Part shown: positions 30,485 to 41,133 of the stretch, piece after piece
How the letters are laid out: the number at the start of each line of letters is the position of its first letter
How positions within the stretch are numbered: position 1 is the first letter of the stretch
NCBI GenBank assembly: GCA_965223545.1
Contig: OZ245006.1
Location: forward strand, 1,888,001 to 1,952,000
DNA from: Planctomycetota bacterium
GTDB taxonomy: Bacteria; Planctomycetota; UBA1135; UBA2386
Reading direction: 5' to 3'
DNA length: 64,000 nt
Made by a program: the position numbers and the translations under genes
The notes under the pieces: model-generated
The model's input: the letters and a program-made list of their open reading frames with translations, nothing else
Databases searched by the model: none
Told to the model about the DNA's origin: nothing

Positions 30485-31783
30485 GTGAAGTCCCCCACGC
30501 TCCCCTTTCTCACTCTCTGCTGCGCCGCCTTGATCGGCTGTGGCGGTATCCCCCGCGTCACCCCGGAACCGACCGAGGCCCAGGGCCCGAGCCAATCGCC
30601 GGACCAAGGCCTCGAGATGCTCGAGCAGAACGCCCGCAACGCGCGGTCGCGGTTCGCCAACATGACGTTCGAGCAGTTCGCGGCCACCGTGTTCCGCGAG
30701 CCGGAAGAGATCGGCGGCAAGTACCTCGTCAACGGCGACACGCCGATCCTCAACGAGAAGCAGCTGCGCGAGTTCTTCGAGCGCGAGGTGCAGCAGGAAC
30801 CGCCGACGCGCGGCATGCAGGACGTGCGCGCCCTGACGCTGGCCACGCACGGCGGCCAGGACGACATCTGGCCCGACACCGTGCAGCACAGCTTGACCTA
30901 CTGCGTCAGCACCGAGTTCGGCGCGCGCTACAACCAGGTCGTGCAGGCCATGCAGGATGCCGCCGCCGCGTGGGAAGCCGCCGCCGACATCGACTTCATC
31001 CACAGCGCCTCCGAGGACGGCAACTGCACGGCGGGCAACGCCGCGATCGTGTTCGACGTGCGGCCGGTCGACGTCAACGGCAACTACCTGGCGCGCGCGT
31101 TCTTCCCCAACGAGCCGCGCGCGGCCCGCAACGTGCTGATCGACGAGTCGGCCTTCAACCTGAACCCGAACGGCAACCTCACTCTGCTGGGCATCCTGCG
31201 GCACGAGCTCGGCCACGCGCTGGGCTTCCGCCACGAGCACACCCGGCCCGAGGCCGGCCGCTGCTTCGAGGACAACAACTGGCGGCCGGTCACCGACTAC
31301 GACCCGTTCTCGGTGATGCACTACCCGCAGTGCAACGGCGAGGGCGACTGGTCGCTGACGCTGACCGACCTGGACCGCGCCGGCGTGGCGTGCGTCTACG
31401 GGCCGGCCGAGGGCTTTGCGCCCGCTCCGGGCATTCAGCTCAACGGCTGCCGCGAAGTCGTGGGTGCGGCGTGCGCACCGCGCACGCAGACCTTCTCCGG
31501 CAGCGTCGGCCAAGGTGAGGAGCGCATCCACGGGCCCTTCGCCGTGACGCCGGGGACCACGTTCGAAGCGCACATGGTCGGCAGCGGCGACCCCGATCTG
31601 TACGTCCGCTTCGACCAGGCGCCGACGACGTCGTTCTTCGACTGCCGGCCCTATCTGGACGGCGCCACCGAGAGCTGCGACCTCAACGTGCCATCCCCCG
31701 AGACCCAGGCGTTCGTCATGGTGCGCGGCTTCCGCGCCGGCACCTACTCGCTGGTGGTCTCGCACACCGGCGCGACGCCGTGA
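30485..31783 (+). CDS. Metzincin zinc metalloprotease lipoprotein (matrixin/M57-like) with C-terminal PPC domain
   Basis: HELGHALGFRHEH, Met-turn YDPFSVMHYP, LARAFFP; PPC motif GSGDPDLYVRF..APT...FDCRPY..G..ESC. Confidence 0.88.
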   Translation: MKSPTLPFLTLCCAALIGCGGIPRVTPEPTEAQGPSQSPDQGLEMLEQNARNARSRFANMTFEQFAATVFREPEEIGGKYLVNGDTPILNEKQLREFFEREVQQEPPTRGMQDVRALTLATHGGQDDIWPDTVQHSLTYCVSTEFGARYNQVVQAMQDAAAAWEAAADIDFIHSASEDGNCTAGNAAIVFDVRPVDVNGNYLARAFFPNEPRAARNVLIDESAFNLNPNGNLTLLGILRHELGHALGFRHEHTRPEAGRCFEDNNWRPVTDYDPFSVMHYPQCNGEGDWSLTLTDLDRAGVACVYGPAEGFAPAPGIQLNGCREVVGAACAPRTQTFSGSVGQGEERIHGPFAVTPGTTFEAHMVGSGDPDLYVRFDQAPTTSFFDCRPYLDGATESCDLNVPSPETQAFVMVRGFRAGTYSLVVSHTGATP

Positions 31784-31802
31784 GCGGCACGCCTTGCCGG
31801 CG

Positions 31803-33821
31803 ATGAGCGCGCGCAGCGGGCGCTACGAGTGGAGCGCCGCGGCGGACGACGCCGGCGGCGCGGGCTGGCCCTGGGCCCGGGCCACGCTCCGGCTCGACGT
31901 CGACGGCGACGCGCCACAGCAGGTGGCCAGCGGCACGCTGACCGCCGGCGTGCACACCGCGGTGGACTGGATCGCGACGCTCGCCGGCGACAGTGACGGC
32001 GGTTGGACGGGAGTCGTGACCTACAAGCGCGGCGCGGTCGAGCACCTGCCGCAGACCGAGATCGAGCTGCGCGCGGACAATGCCGGCATCTGGTTGCGCA
32101 TGGGGAGCGGGGAGGCCGCGCCACAGCGACACTTCGCGCGCGCAGCCAGTTCGTTCCGCGAGATCGACATCGAGGTGGACACCGTCGAGGGCGTCGCCTC
32201 GACCCTGGTCTACGACACCGGCACGCATCCGGTGCGGCCGGCGGCGTTGCCCACCGAACCGCTCGACCTCGCCGCGGTGTTCCGCCGCGCCGGCGTCGAC
32301 GCGCAGGTGCGCAGCGGTGGCACGGTCCCGCTCGAAGCCGCCGGCCACAACGCGACCTGGAACGACGCCGAGCTGCACGACGCGATGCAGGTCTACTGGT
32401 CGCGCCGCACCGACGCGCCCCAATGGGCGGTCTGGGCCCTGTTCGCCGCGCGCCACGATGCCGGCCGCGGTCAGTGCGGCGTGATGTTCGACGACATCGG
32501 CGAAAACCACCGCCAGGGCATGGCGGTGTTCACCAAGAGCAACCTCGAGCGGCCGCCGCCAAGCGAAACCGACGGCGACGCTTGGCGGGCGCGGATGACC
32601 TTCTTCACCCTGGTGCACGAGCTCGGCCACACCTTCAACCTGGCACACTCGTGGCAGAAGGCGCTGGAGACGCCGTGGATGCCGCTCCGCGACGAGGCCG
32701 AGGCGCGCAGCTTCATGAACTACCCGCAGCGGGTGCGCGGCGGCGAGGCGGCGTTCTTCAACGATTTCGTCTACCGCTTCTCGGACACCGACCTGATGTT
32801 CCTGCGCCACGCGCCCGAGCGCTTCGTGCAGATGGGCAACGCCGACTGGTTCGACGACCACGGCTTCCGGCTGGCGCACACCGACCCCGACTGCGGGCTC
32901 GCGCTCGAGCTGCGGGTCCGGCCGGCGCGCACCGAGTTCGAGTTTCTCGAGCCGATCCTGCTCGAGCTCAAGCTGTGCAACACCGGCGACCGCGAGCAAC
33001 AGGTTCCTCTCGAGCCGCTGGCCGACACCGACGCGCTGACGGTCATCGTGCAGCGCGACGGGCGGCCGGCGCGGCAGTGGCTGCCGTTCGCCAGAACCTG
33101 CAGCGTCGACGCGACCCGCGCGCTGGGTCCGGGTGAGGCGGTCTACCGCTCGCTGCAAGTCTCGACGGGACGCAACGGCTGGGACCTCGCCGACCCGGGG
33201 CGCTACACGGTGCAGGTCGGGTTGCGCATCTGCGGCACCGACATCGTCTCCAACCCCCTGCCGCTGACCGTGGCACCACCGGGCGCCAAGCGCGAAGAAG
33301 TCCTGGCCCAGGACTACTTCTCCGACGACGTCGGCCGCGTGCTGGCCCTGGGCGGCAGCCGTCACTTCGAGCGCGCCAACGACGTGCTGCGCGCGGTCGC
33401 TGAGCGCTGCGCCAAGCGGCGAGTGTCGGTGCACGCGGCGGTGGCGACGGCGATGCCGCGCACACAGCGCTTCAAGCAGCTCGCCGTCGACGGCGACCGC
33501 CGGCGCCTCAGCGTGCTCCCCGTCGATGACGCGGCATGGGCGACGATGCAGAGCGCGCTGCTCCGCCGCGCGCGCACGGCGGTGCGCACGCTGGGACACA
33601 TCGCGTTCCACGCCCATGCCGCGCGCTGCAGCGAACGGCTCGAGGCGGCCGGCGACGCGAGCGGCGCGGCGCGGTTCTTGACCCAGCTGCACCGCACCTT
33701 GGCGCGCAGCGGCGCCGACCACGCCGGCAAGGCGAAGCGGGCCCGGCCAGGGCCAGCGCTGACGCGCGTGCTGAAGGACATTTGGCGGCGCATCCCCGCG
33801 GAGCTGCGACCGAAGAGCTGA
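31803..33821 (+). CDS. Putative zinc metalloprotease (HExxHxxNxxH) with C-terminal beta-sandwich and helical domains
   Basis: VHELGHTFNLAH followed by a Met-turn-like SFMNYP; no clear signal peptide. Confidence 0.65.
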   Translation: MSARSGRYEWSAAADDAGGAGWPWARATLRLDVDGDAPQQVASGTLTAGVHTAVDWIATLAGDSDGGWTGVVTYKRGAVEHLPQTEIELRADNAGIWLRMGSGEAAPQRHFARAASSFREIDIEVDTVEGVASTLVYDTGTHPVRPAALPTEPLDLAAVFRRAGVDAQVRSGGTVPLEAAGHNATWNDAELHDAMQVYWSRRTDAPQWAVWALFAARHDAGRGQCGVMFDDIGENHRQGMAVFTKSNLERPPPSETDGDAWRARMTFFTLVHELGHTFNLAHSWQKALETPWMPLRDEAEARSFMNYPQRVRGGEAAFFNDFVYRFSDTDLMFLRHAPERFVQMGNADWFDDHGFRLAHTDPDCGLALELRVRPARTEFEFLEPILLELKLCNTGDREQQVPLEPLADTDALTVIVQRDGRPARQWLPFARTCSVDATRALGPGEAVYRSLQVSTGRNGWDLADPGRYTVQVGLRICGTDIVSNPLPLTVAPPGAKREEVLAQDYFSDDVGRVLALGGSRHFERANDVLRAVAERCAKRRVSVHAAVATAMPRTQRFKQLAVDGDRRRLSVLPVDDAAWATMQSALLRRARTAVRTLGHIAFHAHAARCSERLEAAGDASGAARFLTQLHRTLARSGADHAGKAKRARPGPALTRVLKDIWRRIPAELRPKS

Positions 33822-33857
33822 CACCGCGATTTCCTTGAAGTCCGCCCGGCGGGGGCG

Positions 33858-36836
33858 GTGTCCTCTACACAGCCCCAGCGACCGCCGCCGATTCCCGTGA
33901 CTTCCCCACATGCCGAACGACTGGCAGAGCACGCCGCCTTCGTGCAACGACTGGCACGGCAGCTCGTCGCCGACCCGGACCTGGCCGACGACGTCGCGCA
34001 GGAGACGCTGACCGCGGCCCTCGAACGGGCGCCCTCCGACCGCGCGGCACTGCCAGCGTGGCTCGGCGTGATCGCGCGCCACCGCGCCAGCAACGCCCGC
34101 CGCGCCGCCGCCCGCCGCGCGCGGCACGAGCGCGCCGCGGCGAAGCCCGAGGGCGACGCCGCCGCGACCGACGTGTTCGATCGACTCGAGGTGCAGCAGA
34201 CGCTGCTCGCGCAAGTGCGCGCGCTGCGCGAGCCCTACCGCACCGCGATCTGGCTGCGCTATTTCGACGACCTACCGCCGCGCGCGATCGCGCGCCGCCT
34301 CGGCCTTCCCGTCAAGACAGTGAAGACCCACCTCTACCGCGGCCTCGACGCTCTGCGCCACAGCCTCGACCGCCGGTGCGGCGGCGACCGGAGCCGGTGG
34401 GTCGCGGCCCTGATTCCACTGCACCAGAACGCGCTGGCCGCGGTCAGCATCCCCGGCGGAGCATTGCTCGTGAAGAAGACCCTCATCGTGGCCGCGGCAG
34501 CGGCCATCGCCCTCACCGGCTGGCTGACCCTCGGCGGCGGTGAGCCCCAGACCATCCCAGCCTCCCCGGGCACGGTGACCCCCGCGCAGGGAGCGGCGCG
34601 GACTCGGGACGCGACTTCCGAAGCGATCGCGTCCGCCGCGCCGCACCGCTCGGCGGCGGTGCCCACCGCCGCGCGCACCGGCAGCCTGCGCGTGCGGCTG
34701 CGGTGGACCGGCACGCAGGGCCCGGCCGCCGACGTCGGCGTCACCGCGTACGGCAGCGCGGACCACGGGTCGCGCCGCGCCCGCCGCGCGACGCGCACCG
34801 ACGCGCGCGGCGTCGCGGTGTTCGCCGCGATGCCCGCCGGTGACCTGACGCTGTGGTTGGACCGCGGCCATCGCTTCGGCGGCCTCGAGGTGGTGGCCGG
34901 CGAAGACCGCGAGATCGAGCTCGAAGTCCCGGCGGGCACCACCATCGCGGGGCGCGCCACGGCGCCCGACGGCAGCCCGGTGCCGGGTGCCGAGATTTGG
35001 GCACACCGCCACCACCCGGGCTTCTACGCCTCCGGTGTGATCGCGCGCACCGCCGCCGACGGTAGCTTCACCGTCGAGGGGGTGGAGGCGCGCACCGAGA
35101 TCGGCGCCTGGGCGCCCGGCTTCACTCCGTCGGTGCTGGTCGAGCCCAGCGCGCTGCCCGAGGACGCGCGGGGCCGGCGCCAGGTCGACCTCCGCCTCGG
35201 TGAAACGGGCGGCCGCGTCGCCGGCCGAGTTCTCGACGCCGACCGCCGGCCGGTTGCCGGCGCGGTGGTGAAGATCGGCTCCCGCGGCGGACACATCGTC
35301 GATCTCGACGACGGTCTGCGGGCCACGGCCACGCGGCCCATGCTGTTGACGACGGATGCCGCCGGCGCGTTCGCGACGTCTGGCGACCTGCCGCTCGGCT
35401 CCCATCCGGTGGCGGCAATGGCGCCGGAATCGCCGATTTGGTCGGGCGACATCATCGTTCGCGCAAACGCAACCGCCGACCTGGAGATCGTGCTGCGACG
35501 TCCAGTGCGGATCACCGGCAGAGTGCTCGACCTCGAGGGCGCTCCGGTTGCCGACGCCAAGGTCGTCGCCGCCGTCGAAGTCGGAGGCGGTTGGTACTTC
35601 GAGACCTTCCCGCCAGCCACGGCGAAGAGTGATACCACCGGGCACTACGTCCTCGAGCTGGTCGCCCCGGGCGACATCGAGCTCAACGCGTCCGTCGCCC
35701 GCAAGCCGAGCCTGGGCAAGGCACAGACCCGGCTGCAGGCCACCGACGGCGCGTCGATCACCCTCGACCTAGTGCTCGATCCCGGCGCCACGATCGATGG
35801 CACCGTGTTCGATCGCGAAGGCGACCCGCTCGGCGGCTGGAGAGTGCACACGGCAAACGACGGCCGCGTCTATCCGCGTCAGGCAGAGACCGCCGCCGAC
35901 GGCACCTTCCGCCTGGCCAATCTCGAGCCCGATCACGCCTACATCGTCCGGGTCAGTGCACCGGGTGATCCGCCGGTGCCGGCACGCGCCGAACGGCGGG
36001 GCGTGCGGCCGTCGGCCACGGCTCTCCAGTTCGTCATCGAAGATGCGTCCGTGCCCGACGCCGGCGTGCGCGGCCAGTTGGTCGGCAGCGAAGGCCGCCC
36101 ACCGGCCAACGTGCAGCTCACCTACTATCCCGAGGGGAGCAACATGGGCGGCTTTCTCACCGTCGACCCCGAAGACGGAACGTTCGAGAAGACCTCGCTG
36201 CGTCCCGGGACGTATCGGCTGCGCGCGCTGCGCGGTGGGCAGATGGTGTACGAGAGCCCACCGCTCGAGCTCAGCTCCGGCGAAGTAACCGACGCCGGCA
36301 CTCTGCGGCTGGCGACGGGCGGTCGCGTCGAGCTGTCGGTGACCGGCATCGACGACGCGCAGCGGAGTGCGTTGTCGCTGCGCATGGATCGACCGGGTCA
36401 CGGCACCGAGACACTCGATCTGCGCGACGCAGTGTTCGTCTCACGCGAGCTCTTGCCCGGGACGTGGAGTCTGCGCGCGGGCGGCGAGCGCTGGTGCGTG
36501 TCGCCGGCAGAGATCGAAGTGCCCGCGGGACGGACCGCGAGCATCTCGGTCACCGCGCACGCCGCGCGCGAGGTGCGGGTCGAGTGCACGCTGCCGGGCG
36601 CCGGCTGGCGCACGCTGCACTACGAGGTGCGGGATGACGAGCAGACGCTCTTCCGTCGCGGCACGCATCGGGAATCCGCGCAAGCGGAGCCCGAGCACGC
36701 ACAGGTGCTGTACGGACTGGCGCTGCCGGACGGGACCTTCACGCTGCGCGCTTGGACCGACGCGGGGCTGCAGGGAGAGCTGCGGTTGACGGTCGGCGGC
36801 ACCGCGCCACCGCGGCACCGCCTCGTCCTTCGCTGA
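33858..36836 (+). CDS. ECF sigma factor fused via a TM helix to carboxypeptidase-regulatory-like repeats
   Basis: N-terminal sigma2/4 (LADDVAQET...WL; LREPYRTAIWLRYFDDL...IARRLGLPVKTVKTHLYRGL), TM TLIVAAAAAIALTGWL, then repeated G.V.D..G.PV.GA.V...T..DG.F units. Confidence 0.85.
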   Translation: MSSTQPQRPPPIPVTSPHAERLAEHAAFVQRLARQLVADPDLADDVAQETLTAALERAPSDRAALPAWLGVIARHRASNARRAAARRARHERAAAKPEGDAAATDVFDRLEVQQTLLAQVRALREPYRTAIWLRYFDDLPPRAIARRLGLPVKTVKTHLYRGLDALRHSLDRRCGGDRSRWVAALIPLHQNALAAVSIPGGALLVKKTLIVAAAAAIALTGWLTLGGGEPQTIPASPGTVTPAQGAARTRDATSEAIASAAPHRSAAVPTAARTGSLRVRLRWTGTQGPAADVGVTAYGSADHGSRRARRATRTDARGVAVFAAMPAGDLTLWLDRGHRFGGLEVVAGEDREIELEVPAGTTIAGRATAPDGSPVPGAEIWAHRHHPGFYASGVIARTAADGSFTVEGVEARTEIGAWAPGFTPSVLVEPSALPEDARGRRQVDLRLGETGGRVAGRVLDADRRPVAGAVVKIGSRGGHIVDLDDGLRATATRPMLLTTDAAGAFATSGDLPLGSHPVAAMAPESPIWSGDIIVRANATADLEIVLRRPVRITGRVLDLEGAPVADAKVVAAVEVGGGWYFETFPPATAKSDTTGHYVLELVAPGDIELNASVARKPSLGKAQTRLQATDGASITLDLVLDPGATIDGTVFDREGDPLGGWRVHTANDGRVYPRQAETAADGTFRLANLEPDHAYIVRVSAPGDPPVPARAERRGVRPSATALQFVIEDASVPDAGVRGQLVGSEGRPPANVQLTYYPEGSNMGGFLTVDPEDGTFEKTSLRPGTYRLRALRGGQMVYESPPLELSSGEVTDAGTLRLATGGRVELSVTGIDDAQRSALSLRMDRPGHGTETLDLRDAVFVSRELLPGTWSLRAGGERWCVSPAEIEVPAGRTASISVTAHAAREVRVECTLPGAGWRTLHYEVRDDEQTLFRRGTHRESAQAEPEHAQVLYGLALPDGTFTLRAWTDAGLQGELRLTVGGTAPPRHRLVLR

Positions 36837-36889
36837 GCGCCCCCCGCAGGCAGTTGTGCAGCGGCCGCTCCGGTGCTGCAATCCACCCT

Positions 36890-39712
36890 GTGGACCAGCG
36901 CGACGCCGAGACTCTGTCCGCGGGCGGTGACAGCCTCGACGACCTCGCCGCGGAGTGCGTCGCGCTGTACGAACAAGGCGGCGACACCGCCGTCGACGCC
37001 TTCTGCGAGCTCCATCCGGCGCACGCGAGCGAGATCCGCCAGCGCATGGCCACTCTGCGCGACCTCGGTCTGCTGGACATCGCCCGCGCCGAGACCGCGT
37101 TCCCCGAACGGTTTGGCGACTTTCGCCTACTCGAGCAGCTCGGTGGCGGTGGCATGGGCGTGGTCTACCGCGCCGAGCAGATGTCGCTCGGCCGCACGGT
37201 CGCCCTGAAGCTGGTGCGCCCGGACCGGCTGTTCTTCGAGGGTGCGCGCGAACGCTTCCGCCGCGAGATCGAGACGGTTGCCCAGCTGCAGCATCCCGGC
37301 ATCGTGCCGGTGTACGGCGCCGGCGTCGCCGGCGACCTGCCCTACTTCGCGATGGAGCTGGTGCGGGGGTGCTCGCTGGACGAGGTCATCGTCGGCTGCG
37401 CGCGCCAACCGCGCCCCACCGCGCGTGATTTGTACGCCGCGGTGTGCGAGGCCAGCGGCGTCGAGTTGGCGGAGACTCCCGAGCTGTTCGCCGGCAGCTG
37501 GGAGGAATCTGCGCTGCGCATCGCGCGCGCGATCGGCGAGGCGCTGCAACACGCCCACGACCGCGGCGTGGTGCACCGCGACGTCAAGCCGTCCAACGTG
37601 ATGATCACGCCAGAGGGCCGGGTCATGCTGGTCGACTTCGGTCTGGCCAGCTCGACCACTTCGCGGCAGCTGACGCACAGCGGCGCCGTCCTCGGTTCAC
37701 CACACTACATGGCGCCGGAGCAGGCCCGCGGCGAGTCCGACAGCCTCGGCCCGCCGGTCGACGTCTATGCGCTCGGCGTGACGCTCTACGAGCTGTTGAC
37801 TCGGCGCCGCGCGTTTACCGGTGGCACCACCGCCCGCGTGCTGACCGCGATCGAACGCGGCGACGTCCGGCCGCCCCGCATCCACGACCCGACGCTCTCG
37901 TGGGAGGCGCAGACGATCTGCCTGACGGCGATGGACATCGAGCCGGACCGCCGCTACCCGACCGCGGGCGCGATGGCGGCCGACCTCGCGGCTGCGCTGG
38001 CGCACCGACCCATCTCCGCCCGTCCGGCGAGCCGCGCGCGCCGGCTGCGGCGCTGGTGTCAACGGCACCCGGCCCGCGCGGTCGGCGCCGCGCTGGGCTC
38101 GTTCGTGCTCGTCGTCGGCCCGACCACGTTCGCGATCCAACAGCTGGTGGCCAACCGGCGCATCGGCACCGAGGCACGTATCGCGGACGCCAACCTGGTC
38201 ACCGCGCTGCGCGCGGTCGACGCCATGCTGACGCGGGTCGGCGCCAGCGAGCTGCGGCACGTGCCCCAGCTGACGCCAGTGCGCCAGCAGCTGCTGCAGG
38301 ACGCGACGACGCTGTTCGCCGAGCTCGAGGGGCGCGGCCGCGCCGGCGACGACGTCGCCCGGGGGGCCTGCGGAGCGCAGCTCAAGCTGGCGATGCTGCA
38401 GAGCGAGCTGGGCAACTACGACGACGCCGAAGCGGCGTTCGACCGTCTGCAGCCGACGATGGAGCGGCTGGCCACATCAGAGAAACAGGCCGACGTGCTG
38501 CGGCTTGCCGATCTGATGCATCAGCGCGGCATCCTCGCGCGGCACCGTTCGCGGCTCGAAGACGCCGAACGCGCGCAACAGCGCGCCGACGCACTGCTGG
38601 CAACCCTACCGACGAGCGCCGAGGCAGTCACTGCCGCCCGCATCAAGGTCGGTGCCGAGCGCGCCCACATCGCCACGCTGCGCGGCGACGTCGCTGCCGC
38701 CGAAGCCACCCTCGACGACGCCGCCCAGCACGGCGCCACGGCAGCGGCTTGGACCGAGCAGCCGGCAGTCGCCGCCGCACTGGCGAGAGTGTGGAATCGC
38801 CGCGGCGACCTGATGCTCGATCGCGAACGTTATCCCGAGGCCATCGACGCCTACGAACGCGGCGCCGCGATCATCCGCGCGCTGCTGGCCGCTACTCCCG
38901 ACAGTCGCGACCTCCGGACGCTGCTCGCCTCGCAGCTGCACAACCTCGCCATCGCCGCGCGCGAAGCCGGCGATCCGGAAACGGCGCTCGAGCACATTCG
39001 CCAATCCCACGCCGAACGGCGACAGCTGGTGCGCGAGTTCCCGGCCGGTCCCGACTACCGCTACGAGCTCGCCAAGATCTCGATCGTGCTCGCCAACACC
39101 CTGCGCGACAGTGGCGACCTCGACGGCATGCACGCGCACTACAGCGAGGCGGCGCTGATCGCCGAGGAGCTCGCCGCGGTGTATCCCGGCAACCCCAACT
39201 ACATCGCCACGCGCGGCTTCGCGCGACAGGGGTTGGGGTTTGTCGCCGCCATGCGCGGCGACTTCGCCACCGCCGCCGACGCGCTGCAGGGATCTGCCGA
39301 TGACCTGGCCGAGACCGCGGGTCGGCACGGCCCGGATTCGGTCCAACACCGTGGGCGCGCGATGAGCTTCTACGGCTTGATGCTCGCGCTGAAGGACCTT
39401 CGAGCGCCGAACGCCAACGAGCGGGGCGCGGCCGCGGCGGACGCCGCCATCGCGCACGGCCTGGCGCGCTGGCCGGACTTCGAGCTTGCGGTGAGCTTGC
39501 TCCGACGGGCAGCCGCGGCCGCCATGGACGACGAGTCTCTCACTCCTTCCGATCGCACGGCGCGCCGCAACGATTACACGGCACGCGCGGCGGCGGCACT
39601 GCGCGCCGCCGCCGACGCCGGCCACCACGACGCGGTGCTGCGCGCGCTCGACGACGCGTCGTTCTCGGCGGCGCCGTACCGCGCGCTGAAGAGCGAGCTG
39701 GAGGGGCGCTGA
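36890..39712 (+). CDS. Ser/Thr kinase with TM segment and TPR C-terminus
   Basis: LGGGGMGVVY, VALK, HRDVKPSNVM, DFGLA, GSPHYMAPEQ, DVYALG. Confidence 0.93.
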   Translation: MDQRDAETLSAGGDSLDDLAAECVALYEQGGDTAVDAFCELHPAHASEIRQRMATLRDLGLLDIARAETAFPERFGDFRLLEQLGGGGMGVVYRAEQMSLGRTVALKLVRPDRLFFEGARERFRREIETVAQLQHPGIVPVYGAGVAGDLPYFAMELVRGCSLDEVIVGCARQPRPTARDLYAAVCEASGVELAETPELFAGSWEESALRIARAIGEALQHAHDRGVVHRDVKPSNVMITPEGRVMLVDFGLASSTTSRQLTHSGAVLGSPHYMAPEQARGESDSLGPPVDVYALGVTLYELLTRRRAFTGGTTARVLTAIERGDVRPPRIHDPTLSWEAQTICLTAMDIEPDRRYPTAGAMAADLAAALAHRPISARPASRARRLRRWCQRHPARAVGAALGSFVLVVGPTTFAIQQLVANRRIGTEARIADANLVTALRAVDAMLTRVGASELRHVPQLTPVRQQLLQDATTLFAELEGRGRAGDDVARGACGAQLKLAMLQSELGNYDDAEAAFDRLQPTMERLATSEKQADVLRLADLMHQRGILARHRSRLEDAERAQQRADALLATLPTSAEAVTAARIKVGAERAHIATLRGDVAAAEATLDDAAQHGATAAAWTEQPAVAAALARVWNRRGDLMLDRERYPEAIDAYERGAAIIRALLAATPDSRDLRTLLASQLHNLAIAAREAGDPETALEHIRQSHAERRQLVREFPAGPDYRYELAKISIVLANTLRDSGDLDGMHAHYSEAALIAEELAAVYPGNPNYIATRGFARQGLGFVAAMRGDFATAADALQGSADDLAETAGRHGPDSVQHRGRAMSFYGLMLALKDLRAPNANERGAAAADAAIAHGLARWPDFELAVSLLRRAAAAAMDDESLTPSDRTARRNDYTARAAAALRAAADAGHHDAVLRALDDASFSAAPYRALKSELEGR
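39482..39597 (+). repeat. Copy 1 of a 116-bp inverted repeat (kinase 3' segment); copy 2 at 50746-50861
   Basis: Ungapped hand alignment gives 94/116 identical nt and 31/38 identical aa (ELAVSLLRRAAA.AM.DESLTPSDR.ARR.DYT.R). Confidence 0.85.
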
Positions 39713-40083
39713 GACAGTTCACCGGCTCTGCTCACCGCTGCCGAACACGGCGAGCGCCGCGGTGAGAAGCCAGCTCTCGAAGCCGCCGAGGTCCTGATCT
39801 CGGATCCCGGCGTTGGTCAAGGTGGCGATCCGGCGCGCAGGCGCTGCCCGTACGGAAGCCGCGTCGCCATCGACGTCACCGCCGTGGGCGATCATACGCG
39901 CACCGACGTCCTCCGTGTCAACGACGGAACACCGAGCCCGTACGCCCAGTCCGTCGTTCTCGTGAACCGGTAGAACGGAGTCTGCATCAGGCGGTCTGCG
40001 TAGTCCGCCGCGGACCACAGGCTCCGTGTCCTCGCCCATCAGGCCACGCCGAACCGTCGCTAGCCACACCCATATGCCCCCCC

Positions 40084-41133
40084 CTAGGCGTCGCCAGGTC
40101 TTGAACTCGCTGAGCTGGTTGATCGTGGTCTCGACTCGGAGCACGCTGCCGGCCTTGTCGTACATCTTGACCGAGTTTGCCTTGGCGGAGCGCTTGACGC
40201 GCACTCCCTCGATCCGGCGCTTGTAGTCCGTGGTTGCCTCGCCGCGGTAGCTGACCGATGGCGACTTGGCGAGGAACCGCAGGACGTCGGGGCTGTGGAA
40301 GTCGGTGACGGCGTGCCGAACCAGCGACGGATAGCACCGGGCCAAGGTCGCCGCGTCGGCGAACATGACGTCGGTGGCCCACTCGGCCTGGTGAACGGTC
40401 CAGTAGAAGTCCGCTCGCGCGGCGTTGGCGACTGCGGCCAGTGCGGGGTTCGCGCGGTGGACCAGATTGCCGAGCACCGCGCTCCAGTCGAGGCGGAGCA
40501 TTCGGCCCATGATCTCCTGGACACGCTCGGGGCTGGCGAAGGACGGAAAGCAGTTGTCGGCGCGGGTGTGGACGAGTCGTTCGCGCGCGAGCTGACGACC
40601 GAGCCACTCGCGGCCGTTGATGCAGATCTGGACCGTGTACGGCATCCAGGTCTGGACACGGACGCAACAGAGGCCAAGCTCGCGATCGAGGAAGTAGTGG
40701 TAGTGGTGCAGACACTTCGTGACGCGCCGCCGTACTGCCGTACTTGCTGCGGATGCTTGTGCTCGCGGGAGCGGCGCACCTGCCAGCTCGAGCATGGTTC
40801 GACGATGGAGAGCAGGCAGATCGCTCCGGAGCGGATCGGGCGCTCGGCCAAGATCTTCTTGGCGACGTCCTCCTTCCGGATCCGGCTGGACTCGAGCTAG
40901 CGGGCCGGAAGCTGCAGCCGCTCGGCGACGGACGTTGCGCCAGCGCGGATCATGCCGGTCACGGACTCGACGAACTTGCCGAAGTCCTTGAGCAGCACGC
41001 CTTGCGAAGACAAGAACGACCGGACGCCGCTCTCGTGGCAGAGTGGCAGCAGGTGGCCCCGGAAGACAAGGCGGTCGAAACCACGCAGGATGCCGGTGAT
41101 CTTCGCGGCGTGACGGTGTACGAAACGTTGCAC
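40084..41133 (-). pseudogene. Decayed gene of a probable mobile-element (transposase/Rep-like) protein
   Basis: GGAG plus GTG 41133: QRFVHRHAAKITGILRGFDRLVFRG... In-frame TAG at 40897-40899, frameshift near 40720-40740, then KCLHHYHYFLD..GL..VRVQTWMPY..QICINGREWL...NSVKMYDKAGSVLRVETTIN, truncated near 40085. Confidence 0.65.

Noticed and set aside
39713..40083. tRNA/att integration site or a small gene at the island's left edge
   Set aside because: No cloverleaf, integrase or convincing coding motif could be seen.
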